Assembly (NCBI RefSeq): GCF_006345805.1
Contig: NC_042999.1
Location: forward strand, 45,384,001-45,448,000
From: Octopus sinensis
Lineage: Eukaryota
Direction of reading: 5' to 3'
Length of the DNA stretch: 64,000 nucleotides
Shown: piece after piece, positions 62,390 through 64,000 of the stretch
Numbering within the stretch: position 1 is the stretch's first letter
How the letters are laid out: each line of letters begins with the position of its first letter
Translations under genes and position numbers: made by a program
The notes under the pieces: generated by a model
The model's database searches: none
The model's input: only the letters and a program-made list of their open reading frames with translations
Told to the model about the DNA's origin: nothing

Positions 62390-63870
62390 CATAAATTAAT
62401 TACTGTGGGTGTTAAACTTGATGTGTTACAAAGATTTGATTCAGAAGAAGAGCAGTCATATTCAACAGAGAGAACAATACATGACAAAATAGTTTAAAAT
62501 AAGGTCAAGTATTCAAACAGCTACTCTATAAACAGGGTGAACATTGTCTTTATAGAGCTAATGTAATACTTAATATGGAACAGCTCCTTAATGTGTGGTT
62601 TTGATGATAAAACTAGATGTAAATGTGCCAATTAACATGAAAATTAAGTAAATAAAATCCAGAAGTTTTATGATCTACAGAAAAGGGAAGATGTAACACC
62701 CAATTCAAAACCTTCTTAGATTAGTAGAGGCTAGTTTGGAAGGTTTAAAAGGTGCATGAATTTGCACTATATTAAAATGACTGATGAAGGTGACAGTTCT
62801 CTGAAACAGAAACTGTTACTATTTATCTTGTGGAGCTGAAGAAAATTATTGTTGAAGGAGGTTATACACCAGAACAAGGGTATAAGGTTAATGAAATTAA
62901 GGTTTTCTGAAAATGCATAACCTACTAGAAATTTCATGAGGTGTATTCAGGCAGTTTTAACTGTTCTAGATAATTGTAATTTTAGCATGCCATTACTATA
63001 CATCCAAAAAGCTGGTCTTCTGACTTTTGTTACTCCAGACTGAAGGAGACGGTTGTAAGAGCACTTTGAAAACATCCAACTAAACACTGCTTGTTACTGC
63101 TGGCTAGCAATAAAGTTTTGTGTTAAACAGGGTAAAAATGCAAGAGAAACTTATGAAATGCTCCAGGCTGCTGATGGATCAACTTTTTGCAAGCACAAGA
63201 GCTTCAAGAACAGTAGAGAAGAGGTGAGAAATGATGAGAAGTGCAGGAGTGATAGTATGTCAGAATATCAACACTAGTTGAGAAAATTTGCAGTTTTCTG
63301 GATGTGTCTATAAAGACAATAAGCACACAATCTGGAGTTAGTGTAGCAACTGTGCACAAAATTATTAATAAGGATCTGAAAATGTGCAAAATTAGTGCAA
63401 AGTTTGTTTTCAGGGTGCTCAGTGACAAGCACCTTGGTAACCAACTACTTGACAGAGATAAGTATCAAAACTGTCCTTCACCCTCCCTACAATCCAGATG
63501 CTGCTTCCTGTGACTTTTAGTTGTTTTCCAAGCTGAAGGAGAACCTCAAGAGGCTATGACAAGAGTCTTGGACACTTCCACTTTGGAGGCCTTCAGAAAG
63601 TGGCTGGATTGCTACAAGTACTTTGGAGGAGATGAGAGTTTTGTTCTTCTTTGAAATTTATAAAAGTTTTCCCTGAAAAATTCTGAAAACTTCTGGAATG
63701 TACTTTGTAGGTCTGTCAGAGGAAAATCAGCACTAGGTTTTAAAGCTTTCAGAAATCATCTGCTATCTCTTGTAGGAAGAAATGCTGTTGGTGATATGAA
63801 GTCAAGGCCTCTACTTGTGTATCACTTCAAAAACACAAGGGCTTTCAAGGACGGTGCTAAATTTAATGTA
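62390..63870 (+). mobile_element. Decayed Tigger1-like transposase interrupted by a mariner
   Basis: KLDVLQRF N-terminus; GYTPEQ...PTRNF resumes after the insert as EEKSALGFKAF...GDMKSRPLLVYHFKNTRAFK. Confidence 0.8.
62936..63707 (+). mobile_element. Internally deleted mariner
   Basis: IKFCVKQGKNARETYEML, ATVHKIINKDLKMCKISAKFV, PYNPDAASCDF and FSKLKE motifs. 3' TIR TCTGAAAACTTCTGGAATGTACTTTG followed by TA. Confidence 0.85.
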
Positions 63871-64000
63871 CGTGACTTACATCATTGTCATAAGCAAAAT
63901 ATCTACATCAAGTCCAGCAAGATATTTTGACACTAACAAATAATGCAGGCTTTGAAGTCATAGAAGACAAATAGTTGAATTGCCAGAGGCTCATATAAAA

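Overview
This is an AT-rich, repeat-saturated eukaryotic window. The repeat families look like those of a coleoid cephalopod, most likely Octopus; this is my recognition, not a database result. I found no complete host gene, rRNA, functional tRNA or CRISPR array. Nearly all ORFs in the supplied track are microsatellite or transposon artefacts. The window reads as intron or intergenic DNA built from: (1) about 50 copies of several SINE families, labelled A-E here because exact names cannot be assigned by eye; (2) decayed LINEs (R4/Dong-like, RTE, NeSL/R2-like, and one probable ORF1 5' fragment); (3) DNA transposons (Tigger/pogo, mariner, Tc1, DD37D/maT, hAT MITEs); (4) non-autonomous Helitrons; (5) Penelope-like foldback elements; (6) long microsatellites. 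Two short candidate + strand exons (463-498 and 10417-10527) join in frame but are unidentified. The most interesting signals are: a series of minimal hammerhead-ribozyme motifs inside inverted-repeat elements; a 1.2 kb SINE concatemer bounded by one 18-bp target-site duplication and showing higher-order dimer periodicity; a filled and an empty SINE insertion site within one composite element; and an inverted, locally templated 330-bp insertion. Decayed-repeat boundaries are approximate (about 10-30 bp). TSD, TIR and ribozyme coordinates were counted directly.
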